A DNA stretch of 24,000 nucleotides, from positions 2,764,008-2,788,007 of the forward strand of contig NZ_CP117782.1 in the NCBI RefSeq assembly GCF_028657905.1. Reading direction: 5' to 3'. This document shows, piece by piece, positions 8,965-16,426 of this stretch (positions within the stretch are counted from its first letter, which is position 1; each line of letters starts with the position of its first letter). This DNA is from Burkholderia sp. FERM BP-3421 (GTDB taxonomy: Bacteria > Pseudomonadota > Gammaproteobacteria > Burkholderiales > Burkholderiaceae). Made by a program: the position numbers and the translations under genes. The notes under the pieces are model-generated. The model made no database searches, was not told the DNA's origin, and saw nothing but the letters and a program-made list of their open reading frames with translations.

Positions 8965-10371
8965 TCAGAAGCCGAACGCCGAGCGCACGAGACCGAACAC
9001 CTTCGTGTTGTCGATCGTGCCCTTGAACGCCTTCGCATCGGCGCCGTCCGCGAACAGCATCACGTCGCCGCCGCCGTGCGTCTCCGATCCCGGCCCGCCG
9101 ACCCGCACGCCGACCTCCTGCAGGTAGGCCTCGTCCGTCACGACCGCCGAATCGACCGACGTGCGCACGTTCGGCCGGTTCGCGCCGTTGCCGAACACGA
9201 GCGTCGTGTAGGTGTTGCCGTCCGCGTCCTTGTTCGGCTGGCCGTCGCGATAGCTGCGGCTGATGTCGAGGATCGGATTGCCGCGCTTCGAGTAGCCGTT
9301 GATCGTCATCGTGTGGTCGTGGTCGGCCGTCACGACGATCAGCGTGTTCGACAGGTCGACCTTCGACAGCGCGACGCGGATCGCCTCGTCGAACGCGCCG
9401 GCGTCCTCGAGCGCGCGCTTCGCGTTGGTGCCGTGCAGCGCGTGATCGATGCGGCCGCCCTCGACCATCAGGAAATAGCCGTTCGGATTCTGCGCGAGCA
9501 CGTCGATCGCCTTCGAGGTCATCTCCGCGAGGCTCGGCTGCGTCGGCCCCTCGCCCTTGCCGGCGGCGCGGTCCAGTTCGTATTCGAGGTGGCTCGTCGT
9601 GCTGAACAGCCCGACCAGCTTGCCTTGCTTGACCTGCGCGAGCTGGTCCTTGGTCGCCGCGACCGCATAGCCCTTCGCGCGCAATTCGGCGAGCAGGTTG
9701 CGCCCGTCCGCGCGGCCGCGCTTGTTGCTGGCGGCATCGTACGGCGTCCAGTGGTTGCGGCCGCCGCCCATCAGCACGTCGACGCCGTCGCCCAGCGCCG
9801 CGTTATAGCCCACTCCGCCCGGCACGGCCTGCGCGGCGATGTCGTACTGCGCGTCGCGATGGCAGATGTGCGAGTAGGTCGCGGCCGGCGTCGCGTGGGT
9901 CAGCTCGGTGGTCGTGATCGCACCGACCGCCTTGCCGCGCGCCTTCGCGAGTTCGAGCAGCGTCGGCACCGCGCGGCCGTTGCCCGGCGCGCAGTTGTTG
10001 ACGGTCTTGTTGCCGTTCGCATCGGCGCCCGGCGCCACCGCGCGCGTGTCGGACGACATCGACAGCACCTCGTTGTTCATCTTCACGCCGGTCATGTACG
10101 CGGCCATCGACGGCGCGCTGTCGGTCGTCTGCGCGTCGTTCGAGAAGGTCTTCACGCGCGCCGTGCGCGCGAGCTTCTCCATCGTCAGCTGGCCCGCCTC
10201 GCCCACCTTGTAGATGCGGCTCGCGGTGACCGTGGTCGGCCCCATGCCGTCGCCCAGAAAGAAGATCACGTTCTTCGCCTGGCCCGCGGCCTGCGCCGCC
10301 TGGCCGAAGCCCATGCCCGCGATACCCGCCGCGGCCAGCGTCGCCGCCGCGATGCGCTTGATAGTCGACAT
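8965..10371 (-). CDS. alkaline phosphatase, PhoA family (soluble exported paralogue)
   Basis: Start at ATG 10371 (MSTIKRIAAATLAAAGIAGMGFGQAAQA signal). Motifs: FFLGDGMG, the Ser nucleophile context TTDSAPSMAAYMTG, THATPAA, GYFLMVEGGRIDHALH, VTADHDH, and SETHGG. The rest of track ORF 8965..11328 is a read-through artefact. Confidence 0.9.
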   Translation of the reverse strand: MSTIKRIAAATLAAAGIAGMGFGQAAQAAGQAKNVIFFLGDGMGPTTVTASRIYKVGEAGQLTMEKLARTARVKTFSNDAQTTDSAPSMAAYMTGVKMNNEVLSMSSDTRAVAPGADANGNKTVNNCAPGNGRAVPTLLELAKARGKAVGAITTTELTHATPAATYSHICHRDAQYDIAAQAVPGGVGYNAALGDGVDVLMGGGRNHWTPYDAASNKRGRADGRNLLAELRAKGYAVAATKDQLAQVKQGKLVGLFSTTSHLEYELDRAAGKGEGPTQPSLAEMTSKAIDVLAQNPNGYFLMVEGGRIDHALHGTNAKRALEDAGAFDEAIRVALSKVDLSNTLIVVTADHDHTMTINGYSKRGNPILDISRSYRDGQPNKDADGNTYTTLVFGNGANRPNVRTSVDSAVVTDEAYLQEVGVRVGGPGSETHGGGDVMLFADGADAKAFKGTIDNTKVFGLVRSAFGF

Positions 10372-10403
10372 CCTGTATTCCCCTGTTCCCTGAAAGGCCG
10401 CGC

Positions 10404-11849
10404 TCACAGCTGCACCGCGTTGCGGACCAGCTCGAACACCTTGTTGTTCTCGATCACGCCGTGGAATTGCTCCGCGCCCTTGCCGATCGCGCCGAGGAAC
10501 ACGTCGGTGCCGCCGTGCGTTTCGCCGCCCTTGTCCATCCGCACGACCGCTTCCTGGCGATAGTCGTCCGCGCCCGTCACCGCGTCGCTGAGGTTGGTGC
10601 CCGCGCGGCTGCCCTGCACGCGGTTCTCGCCGTTGCCGAAGCCGATGATCGTGTACGGCGCGCCGTCCGCGTCCTTCGCGACCGCGCCGTTCTGGTAGTT
10701 GCGCAGCACGCCGAGCACGCCCGGCTTGCCCGCCTCGGTCTTGCCCGTGCGCGCCGCATAGCCGTTCAGCACCAGCGTGTGGTCGTGGTCGGCCGTGACC
10801 ACGATCAGCGTGTTCTCGAGCTTCGGATCGGTCTTGCGCACCTTGTCGAGCGTCGCGCGGATCGCGTTGTCGAACGCGATCGTGTCCTGCAGCGCGCGCT
10901 TCGCGTTGGTGTCGTGCAGCGCGTGATCGATCCGGCCGCCCTCGACCATCAGGAAATAGCCCTTCTGGTTCTTCTGCAGCACGTCGAGCGCGCGCGTCGC
11001 CATGTCGGCGAGGCTCGGCTCCTTGGCCGGATTGCGGTCGAGGTCGTAGCTCATGTGGCTCGACGCGAAGAGGCCGAGCAGCTTGCCGCTCCTGGTCGCG
11101 TCGGCCGCCTGCAGCTCGTCGCGGGTCTGCGCGACAGCGTAGCCCTTCGCCTTGAACTCGGCGACGAGATTGCGCCCGTCGACGCGCTTGCCGCCGCCGT
11201 CCTTCGGCACGAAGAACTGCGAGCCGCCGCCGAGCACGACGTCGACGCCGTCGCGCAGCGCCGCGTTGTAGCCCGCGCCGCCCGGCACGAGCTGCGCGGC
11301 GATGTCGTTCTCCGCGTCGCGGTGGCACACGTGCGAATAGGTCGCGGCGGGCGTCGCGTGGGTGACGCGCGTGGTGGTGACGACGCCCGTGCCCATGCCG
11401 CGCTCCTTCGCGATCTCGAGCAGCGTGCGCGCGGCCTTGCCGTTGTTCGCGCCACAGTTGCCGGTGAGATCCTTGGTCGGCTCGATCGCCTTCGTGTCCG
11501 GCGTCATGGCGATCACTTCGTTGTTGGTCTTCACGCCCGTCATGTAGGCGGACATCGACGGCGCGCTGTCGGTCACCTGCGCGTCGTTCGAATAGGTCTT
11601 CACGAACGCGGTTTCCGGCAGCGTGTCGAGCGTCAGCTCGCCGTCCTCGCCCACCCCGTAGATGCGCGCGGCGGTCAGCGTGGTGAGCCCCATCCCGTCG
11701 CCGAGGAAGAAGATCACGTTGCGCGCCGCGGTCGCCTGCGCCCCGTCGTCGATGCGGGGCACCGCGCTCGTCGGCCCGTCGTCGCTACCGCAGCCCGTCG
11801 CCGCGAAGACGCTTGCACAGAGCAGCGCCGCCAGTCTCGTTCGCTTCAT
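10404..11849 (-). CDS. alkaline phosphatase, PhoA family (lipoprotein paralogue)
   Basis: ATG 11849 is preceded by AAGGAAG. Lipoprotein-type signal MKRTRLAALLCASVFAATG-C. It carries the same catalytic motifs as the downstream paralogue: FFLGDGMG, VTDSAPSMSAYMTG, GYFLMVEGGRIDHALH, VTADHDH, and GETHGG. Confidence 0.9.
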   Translation of the reverse strand: MKRTRLAALLCASVFAATGCGSDDGPTSAVPRIDDGAQATAARNVIFFLGDGMGLTTLTAARIYGVGEDGELTLDTLPETAFVKTYSNDAQVTDSAPSMSAYMTGVKTNNEVIAMTPDTKAIEPTKDLTGNCGANNGKAARTLLEIAKERGMGTGVVTTTRVTHATPAATYSHVCHRDAENDIAAQLVPGGAGYNAALRDGVDVVLGGGSQFFVPKDGGGKRVDGRNLVAEFKAKGYAVAQTRDELQAADATRSGKLLGLFASSHMSYDLDRNPAKEPSLADMATRALDVLQKNQKGYFLMVEGGRIDHALHDTNAKRALQDTIAFDNAIRATLDKVRKTDPKLENTLIVVTADHDHTLVLNGYAARTGKTEAGKPGVLGVLRNYQNGAVAKDADGAPYTIIGFGNGENRVQGSRAGTNLSDAVTGADDYRQEAVVRMDKGGETHGGTDVFLGAIGKGAEQFHGVIENNKVFELVRNAVQL

Positions 11850-11888
11850 GTTTTCGGCTTCCTTGATGGAGTCTTTCAAAACGAAAGG

Positions 11889-11932
11889 ACGATAAGGGGC
11901 CGATGTGACGCGAATGTGAAGGCAAATGAAAG
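11889..11932 (-). promoter_or_regulatory. Pho-box-like PhoB site plus -10 element for the phosphatase operon
   Basis: Minus strand reads CTTTCAT-ttg-CCTTCAC-attc-GCGTCAC (11932..11905). These are three TCA-centred heptamers spaced 10 and 11 bp apart, resembling the CTGTCAT direct repeats of Pho boxes. 10 nt later comes TATCGT (11894..11889), and the ATG is 39 nt further on. Confidence 0.5.
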
Positions 11933-11962
11933 TATCCGGAAATGAAAACGGAAGGATCGGCG

Positions 11963-11981
11963 GCGGGCGTGGGACGCCCGC
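11963..11981 (-). terminator. candidate terminator of the small-membrane-protein pair
   Basis: 8-bp stem GCGGGCGT (11963-11970) / ACGCCCGC (11974-11981) with a 3-nt loop. On the minus strand it is followed by the moderately T-rich cgccgatccttccgttttcatttcc. Confidence 0.4.
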
Positions 11982-11985
11982 GCGT

Positions 11986-12009
11986 GCGGTTCCGCGGTTC
12001 CGCGGTTCG
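11986..12009. repeat. tandem octamer repeat (3 copies)
   Basis: GCGGTTCC GCGGTTCC GCGGTTCG read directly on the + strand. It abuts the stop codon (12010-12012) of the minus-strand membrane-protein gene. Confidence 0.8.
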
Positions 12010-12447
12010 TCAGTCAGCCAGCTCGCGCCCCGCCGCGCGTGCACCGGGCGCGGCGAACCACCAGCCGAGCCAGCCGAGCAGCACGGCGAGGCACGCGCCG
12101 CGGATCAGCCCGCTCGCCGGCACCTCGATCGCGATCCCGTGGTTCGCGGCGGCGAGCAGCGAGAGGAATTCCGGCGACAGCCGCATCGCGAGCAGCGTGA
12201 GCACGTCGAGCAGGGTGATCGCCGAGGTGACGAGCAGGCCGATGCCGACCGGCCGCATGCGCGGCGTGACGCGCGCGATCCACGCGCCGAGCAGGTACAG
12301 GAGCGCCGTGCAGACGAGCGCGACCAGCACCCCGCGATGCTTGAGCGGCACCGAGGGCGCCCAGATCAGCACCATCTCGGCAACCATCAGCACGAGACTC
12401 GCGATCCCGACGCACAGCAGGCCGATTGCGTTGCGCACGAAGTTCAT
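12010..12447 (-). CDS. small integral membrane protein (about 4 TM), unknown function
   Basis: 145 aa starting MNFVRNAIGLLCVGIASLVLMVAEMVLIW, with four hydrophobic stretches. Its ATG (12447..12445) overlaps the upstream gene's TGA (12446..12444) as ATGA. The longer track ORF (to 12753) adds a non-membrane Arg/Ala-rich leader in another gene's space. Confidence 0.6.
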   Translation of the reverse strand: MNFVRNAIGLLCVGIASLVLMVAEMVLIWAPSVPLKHRGVLVALVCTALLYLLGAWIARVTPRMRPVGIGLLVTSAITLLDVLTLLAMRLSPEFLSLLAAANHGIAIEVPASGLIRGACLAVLLGWLGWWFAAPGARAAGRELAD

Positions 12448-12824
12448 CGTGCGTCCCGCACGAAGTAGGCGGTGGCGGCCGGACGATACAGCAGGTAGAG
12501 GAACAGGGCGGCCAGCACCGCGCCCGGCAGCAACATGATCTTGAACGGCGAGGTGACGAGCGAGAAGGCGAGCGTCGCCAGCGTGATGACGGTGTAGAGC
12601 GTGCGCGCCCACGCGCGCCCCTTCAGGATGCCGACGCCGGCGACGAGGCACAGCGCCTGGGAGGCGATGGAGACCGCGAGCATGACCGGCAGCGGCATCA
12701 TCGAGCGCGCGAACACAGCCTGCGCGCTCGGATTGTGCAGGGTCCACGGCCACACCAGCAGCGCGATCGCATTGGTGACGACGATGAACCAGCCGAGGAT
12801 GCTCAGGGAGACGGGTCTTTTCAT
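12444..12824 (-). CDS. small integral membrane protein (about 4 TM), unknown function
   Basis: 126 aa starting MKRPVSLSILGWFIVVTNAIALLVWPW, with four hydrophobic stretches and positive residues in short loops. ATG at 12824. The Shine-Dalgarno is weak. The track start at 13064 adds an Arg-rich leader. Confidence 0.6.
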   Translation of the reverse strand: MKRPVSLSILGWFIVVTNAIALLVWPWTLHNPSAQAVFARSMMPLPVMLAVSIASQALCLVAGVGILKGRAWARTLYTVITLATLAFSLVTSPFKIMLLPGAVLAALFLYLLYRPAATAYFVRDAR

Positions 12825-13033
12825 GGTGTTGTTGTGCGTCCTGGGATCGATCCGGCGGCGCGCGGCGCCTAGTCTCTCCATCCGCGCCCCGTGAAGTTCG
12901 CGCCCATTCTCGGCCCGCGTTGCGGAAAAATCAACCGCGCGGACGGGCGGCGGACGAAGCGAGCCGCCCGAGTCGCCCGACCCATCCGGGGGAAGCGCGC
13001 GCCGCGCCATGACCCGCGCGGCGCACCGACGCG

Positions 13034-13072
13034 GAGAAAGAAGGCGGGCCGGCGGCGCGCGCACCGCGGCCC
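13034..13072 (-). terminator. candidate terminator downstream of the EAL gene
   Basis: GGGCCGGCGG (13046-13055) pairs with CCGCGGCCC (13064-13072) with one bulge. On the minus strand it is followed by gccTTCTTTCTcc. It lies 14 nt after the TAG at 13086-13088. Confidence 0.35.
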
Positions 13073-13085
13073 TTGCCCGCGCCGC

Positions 13086-14375
13086 CTAGTCGCCCGCCGC
13101 CGCGTCCTCGTCGAGCCAATCGATGTCCGCGCACAGCACGCACTGCGCATCGCCGACCCGCAGCGCGGCCGACAAGGTCACGCACGGCAGCGCCTCGTTG
13201 ATCGACAGATACGGCCGGGTCGCATGCACGCGCCCCGGCTCCGCGATCGCCGCGCGGAAATACGGCCGGCGCAGCCAGTTCGCCCCCTGCGCGTCGGCGA
13301 GCGGCGTGAAGCGCGATTCGGGCGCCGCGCGATCGGCGCGCAGCACCACGTTGCGGCCCGTCTGCCGCCCGTTCGCATCGAGCAGGAAGCAGCGCGCCGC
13401 ATGATCGAGCGCGAGGAAATTCCAGCACACCTCGTCGAGCGGTTCGCCGCCCACGAGCCGGTCGACCGCGCGCTCGAACGCGCGCAGGTAGGGCGCGAGC
13501 CGCTGCGCGTCGCGCCGCTCGCGCGCATCGGTCCGGCTGCGATGGCGCTCCGTCAGTTCCGCGATGCAGGTGGACGCCGCCACGCTGTCCGGCAGGCCCG
13601 GGGCGGGCCGGCCGAAGAAATAGCCCTGCACGAAATCGGTCCCGCACGACAGCGCGATCTGCGCCTCGTGTTCGGTCTCGATGCCCTCGATCAGCACCAG
13701 CTTGCCCGCCTCGTGCAGCAGCGTCACGAGCCCGTGCAGGATCGCCGTGAGACCGGTGCGGTGCTGCGCCTGCGACAGCATGATGCGGTCCAGCTTGACG
13801 ATGTCCGGATTCAGCTGCCAGATCCGCTCCAGGTTCGAATGCCCCGCGCCGAAATCGTCGAGCGCGATCAGGAAGCCCTGCTCGCGAAACGCGCGCACCG
13901 CCTCGGCCAGCTTTTCCAGATCGTCGGCGCGCTGTTCGAGCACCTCCAGCACGACGCGCCGGGGCGGCACGCCGAGCCGCGTCAGGTTCGCGAGCAGCGC
14001 CGCCGCCTGGAACGGATCGGTGAGCGCGCACGGATTCACGTTGAGGAACAGCCACTCGCGCCCGGCGCCGAGCAGTGCGAAGTTTTCGAGGTGCAGCGCC
14101 TGCGCGAGGCGGTCGACCTGCATCAGCTCGCCATGGCGCGCGGCCTCGCCGAACACGTCGAGCGGCGACACCGGCCGGTCGAGCGGATCGTGCGCGCGCA
14201 ACAAGGCCTCGTAGCCGACCGCGCGCTGGTGCGACAGGCTGAAGATCGGCTGGAACACGCTCGTCAGCGTCAGCTCGCGATGCCGGGTCACGACGCGGTC
14301 GAGGCCGGAGGCCAGCTCGGGCTCGAAGTGGTACGGCGATGCGCTCATCGGGCGCTCCTGCTGGGCGATGGTCAT
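13086..14375 (-). CDS. EAL-domain c-di-GMP phosphodiesterase with a C-terminal sensor-like domain (YkuI-like architecture)
   Basis: ATG 14375 lies 5 nt after GGAGG (14385..14381). The full EAL signature set is present: YEALLR, FLNVN, VLEVLE, DDFGAGHSNL, VKLD, EGIETE, QGYFFGRP. About 140 C-terminal residues are not EAL. No GGDEF domain and no TM segment. Confidence 0.88.
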   Translation of the reverse strand: MTIAQQERPMSASPYHFEPELASGLDRVVTRHRELTLTSVFQPIFSLSHQRAVGYEALLRAHDPLDRPVSPLDVFGEAARHGELMQVDRLAQALHLENFALLGAGREWLFLNVNPCALTDPFQAAALLANLTRLGVPPRRVVLEVLEQRADDLEKLAEAVRAFREQGFLIALDDFGAGHSNLERIWQLNPDIVKLDRIMLSQAQHRTGLTAILHGLVTLLHEAGKLVLIEGIETEHEAQIALSCGTDFVQGYFFGRPAPGLPDSVAASTCIAELTERHRSRTDARERRDAQRLAPYLRAFERAVDRLVGGEPLDEVCWNFLALDHAARCFLLDANGRQTGRNVVLRADRAAPESRFTPLADAQGANWLRRPYFRAAIAEPGRVHATRPYLSINEALPCVTLSAALRVGDAQCVLCADIDWLDEDAAAGD

Positions 14376-14560
14376 GTCAGCCTCCTCATGACGCTCTCAT
14401 CGGCAGGCGGTAGGTTCGGCTCTCGGGTTTTCATCACGGATCCTCGGTTATCCAATTTAGTTGTGACCACCACCAAGCAAGCTCCGTGCGCGCTCTCGCG
14501 CGCGGCCGGCCTGATATTTCGGTGCCCGATTCATTCCGGATGCCTGCCGCCGGGGCTTTT

Positions 14561-14579
14561 TTGCACCAACCCGGTGCAA
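14561..14579. promoter_or_regulatory. perfect palindrome TTGCACC-N5-GGTGCAA in the EAL/antiporter divergent region
   Basis: TTGCACC (14561-14567) and GGTGCAA (14573-14579) are exact reverse complements. The palindrome is preceded by a T-run and lies 83 nt upstream of the antiporter ATG. Candidate operator or small hairpin. Confidence 0.3.
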
Positions 14580-14661
14580 TCGACCGCGGGGCCGGGACGA
14601 CGCGCACCTTGCGGGCACGTTACACTCCGTACCGTTCCTGTATTGCCACCTGCACGTTTCA

Positions 14662-16332
14662 ATGGAAATTGTCTTTACCGTCCTGATCCTGCTGCTGGCC
14701 GTCGCGCTGTCCGGGATGATCACCCGGGTGCTGCCGCTGCGCCTGCCGCTGCCGCTCATGCAGATCGCGATCGGCGCGCTGCTCGCGTGGCCGACGTTCA
14801 ACCTGCACGTCACGTTCGATCCCGAGATCTTCATGCTGCTGTTCATCCCGCCGCTGCTGTTCGCGGACGGCTGGCGGATCCCGAAACGGGAGCTGTACCT
14901 GCAGCGGCGCGCGATCCTGATGCTGGCCTTCGGCCTCGTCTTCATGACCGTACTCGCGGTCGGCTATTTTGCGCATTGGTTGATTCCCGGCCTGCCGCTG
15001 CCGATCGCGTTCGCGCTCGCGGCCGTGCTGTCGCCGACCGACGCGGTCGCGCTGTCCGGCATCGCGGGCAAGGGCCGGATCCCGCCGCAGCTGATGCACA
15101 TCCTCGAAGGCGAGGCGCTGATGAACGACGCGTCGGGCCTCGTCGCGCTCAAGTTCGCGATCGCCGCCGCGCTCACCGGCGTGTTCTCGCTGCGCGACGC
15201 GTCGATCAGCTTCGTGATCGTCGCGTCGGGCGGCCTCGCGACGGGCGCGCTGCTGTCCTGGCTGTTCAGCGCGCTGTCGACGCGCTTCCTCAATTCGTCG
15301 CAGGAAGGCGACCCCGCGCCCGGCATCGTGATGACGCTGCTCGTGCCGTTCGCGGCCTACCTGATCGCCGAGCATCTGGGCCTGTCCGGGATCCTGTCGG
15401 CGGTCGCGTCGGGGATGATGATGAACTACACGAACTTCTCGCGCACCAGCACGGTGGCGTCGCGGATCCGCGCGGAAAGCACCTGGGCGATGATCGAGTT
15501 CGTGTTCAACGGCATGGTGTTCATCATGCTCGGGCTGCAGCTGCCGCACATCATCGGCCGCGCGCTCGTCGACGCGCATCACACGAGCGACGCGCTCGTC
15601 GGCGCGATGCTCGGCTATGTCGCGGCGATGCTGGCCGCGCTCTATGCGATCCGCTTCGCGTGGGTGTGGCTGCTGCGCTGGATCGCGAGCCGGCGCGCCG
15701 CGAAGCGGGGGCTCGCCGGCACCATGGCGGGGCTGCGCACGATCGCGGTGATGACGGTCGGCGGCGTGCGCGGCGCGATCACGCTCGCGGGCGTGCTGTC
15801 GATTCCGGTCGCGCTCGACAACGGCGCGCCGCTCGCCGGCCGCGACACCGCGATCTTCATCGCCTCGGGCGTGATCCTCGGCTCGCTGTGCATCGCCGTG
15901 GCCGGCCTGCCGCTGCTGCTGCGCGGGGTCCGCTCCAGCCACAACCCGCATGCGGAGGAAGAGCGCGCCGCGCGCTCGGCGGCCGCCCAGGCCGCGATCC
16001 GCGCGGTCGACTCGACCCACGACGCGCTCGCCGTCGAGCTGGACGAAGCCGCCGCCGCGCGCTGCACGGAAGTCACGGCGCGCGTGATGGACCAGTACCG
16101 GCGCCGGCTCGCGGGGCTCGTCGGCGAGAGCGAGCCGCTCGCCGAGGCGAAGCAGGCGGAGAAGATGGAGTTGCAGATGCGGATCGCGGGCATTCGCGCC
16201 GAGCGCGCGGTGCTGTACCGGCTGCGCGGCGAACAGAAGATCAACGACGAGACGCTCGCGAAGCTGATGCGCGAGATCGACCTGTCGGAAAGCGCGCTGT
16301 CGACGCGGAAGAAGGGTTTGGTCGGCGGGTGA
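14662..16332 (+). CDS. Na+/H+ antiporter, CPA1 family
   Basis: 556 aa with about 12 hydrophobic segments. CPA1-type motifs LSPTDAVA and EGEALMNDASG. A roughly 140-aa soluble, charged C-terminal tail. ATG 14662, TGA 16330-16332. No obvious Shine-Dalgarno. Confidence 0.88.
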   Translation: MEIVFTVLILLLAVALSGMITRVLPLRLPLPLMQIAIGALLAWPTFNLHVTFDPEIFMLLFIPPLLFADGWRIPKRELYLQRRAILMLAFGLVFMTVLAVGYFAHWLIPGLPLPIAFALAAVLSPTDAVALSGIAGKGRIPPQLMHILEGEALMNDASGLVALKFAIAAALTGVFSLRDASISFVIVASGGLATGALLSWLFSALSTRFLNSSQEGDPAPGIVMTLLVPFAAYLIAEHLGLSGILSAVASGMMMNYTNFSRTSTVASRIRAESTWAMIEFVFNGMVFIMLGLQLPHIIGRALVDAHHTSDALVGAMLGYVAAMLAALYAIRFAWVWLLRWIASRRAAKRGLAGTMAGLRTIAVMTVGGVRGAITLAGVLSIPVALDNGAPLAGRDTAIFIASGVILGSLCIAVAGLPLLLRGVRSSHNPHAEEERAARSAAAQAAIRAVDSTHDALAVELDEAAAARCTEVTARVMDQYRRRLAGLVGESEPLAEAKQAEKMELQMRIAGIRAERAVLYRLRGEQKINDETLAKLMREIDLSESALSTRKKGLVGG

Positions 16333-16426
16333 GGGACGGAGATTGCAGCGTCGTCCCATAGCCGCCTGGCATCCGTGTCTGGATCATGACGTTCCTGCCA
16401 ACTGATCAACTTGAGTGCGGAACGCC

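Noticed and set aside
10372-11328. Upstream extensions of several minus-strand ORFs: 8965..11328, 10404..12044, 8196..9038, 17461..18756, 12010..12753 and 12444..13064
   Set aside because: In each case the extension is Arg-rich, overlaps the neighbouring gene or a regulatory region, and precedes an internal Met followed by a textbook signal peptide or TM helix. The internal starts were used.
14531-14562. Terminator-like T6 run (14557-14562) preceded by GC-rich sequence in the antiporter leader
   Set aside because: I could not draw a clean stem in ccggatgcctgccgccggggc. The T-run is better described as flanking the TTGCACC palindrome.
16333-16357. Hairpin GGGACG-N13-CGTCCC right after the antiporter stop, considered as a terminator
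   Set aside because: The stem is only 6 bp, the loop is 13 nt, and there is no U-tract. This is too weak to call.
12891-16361. 1156-aa + strand ORF spanning the EAL gene (antisense) and the antiporter (out of frame)
   Set aside because: The product is Arg/Ala/Pro/Gly-rich and of low complexity, with no motifs. It overlaps two well-supported genes. This is the classic shadow ORF of high-GC DNA, where stop codons are rare.
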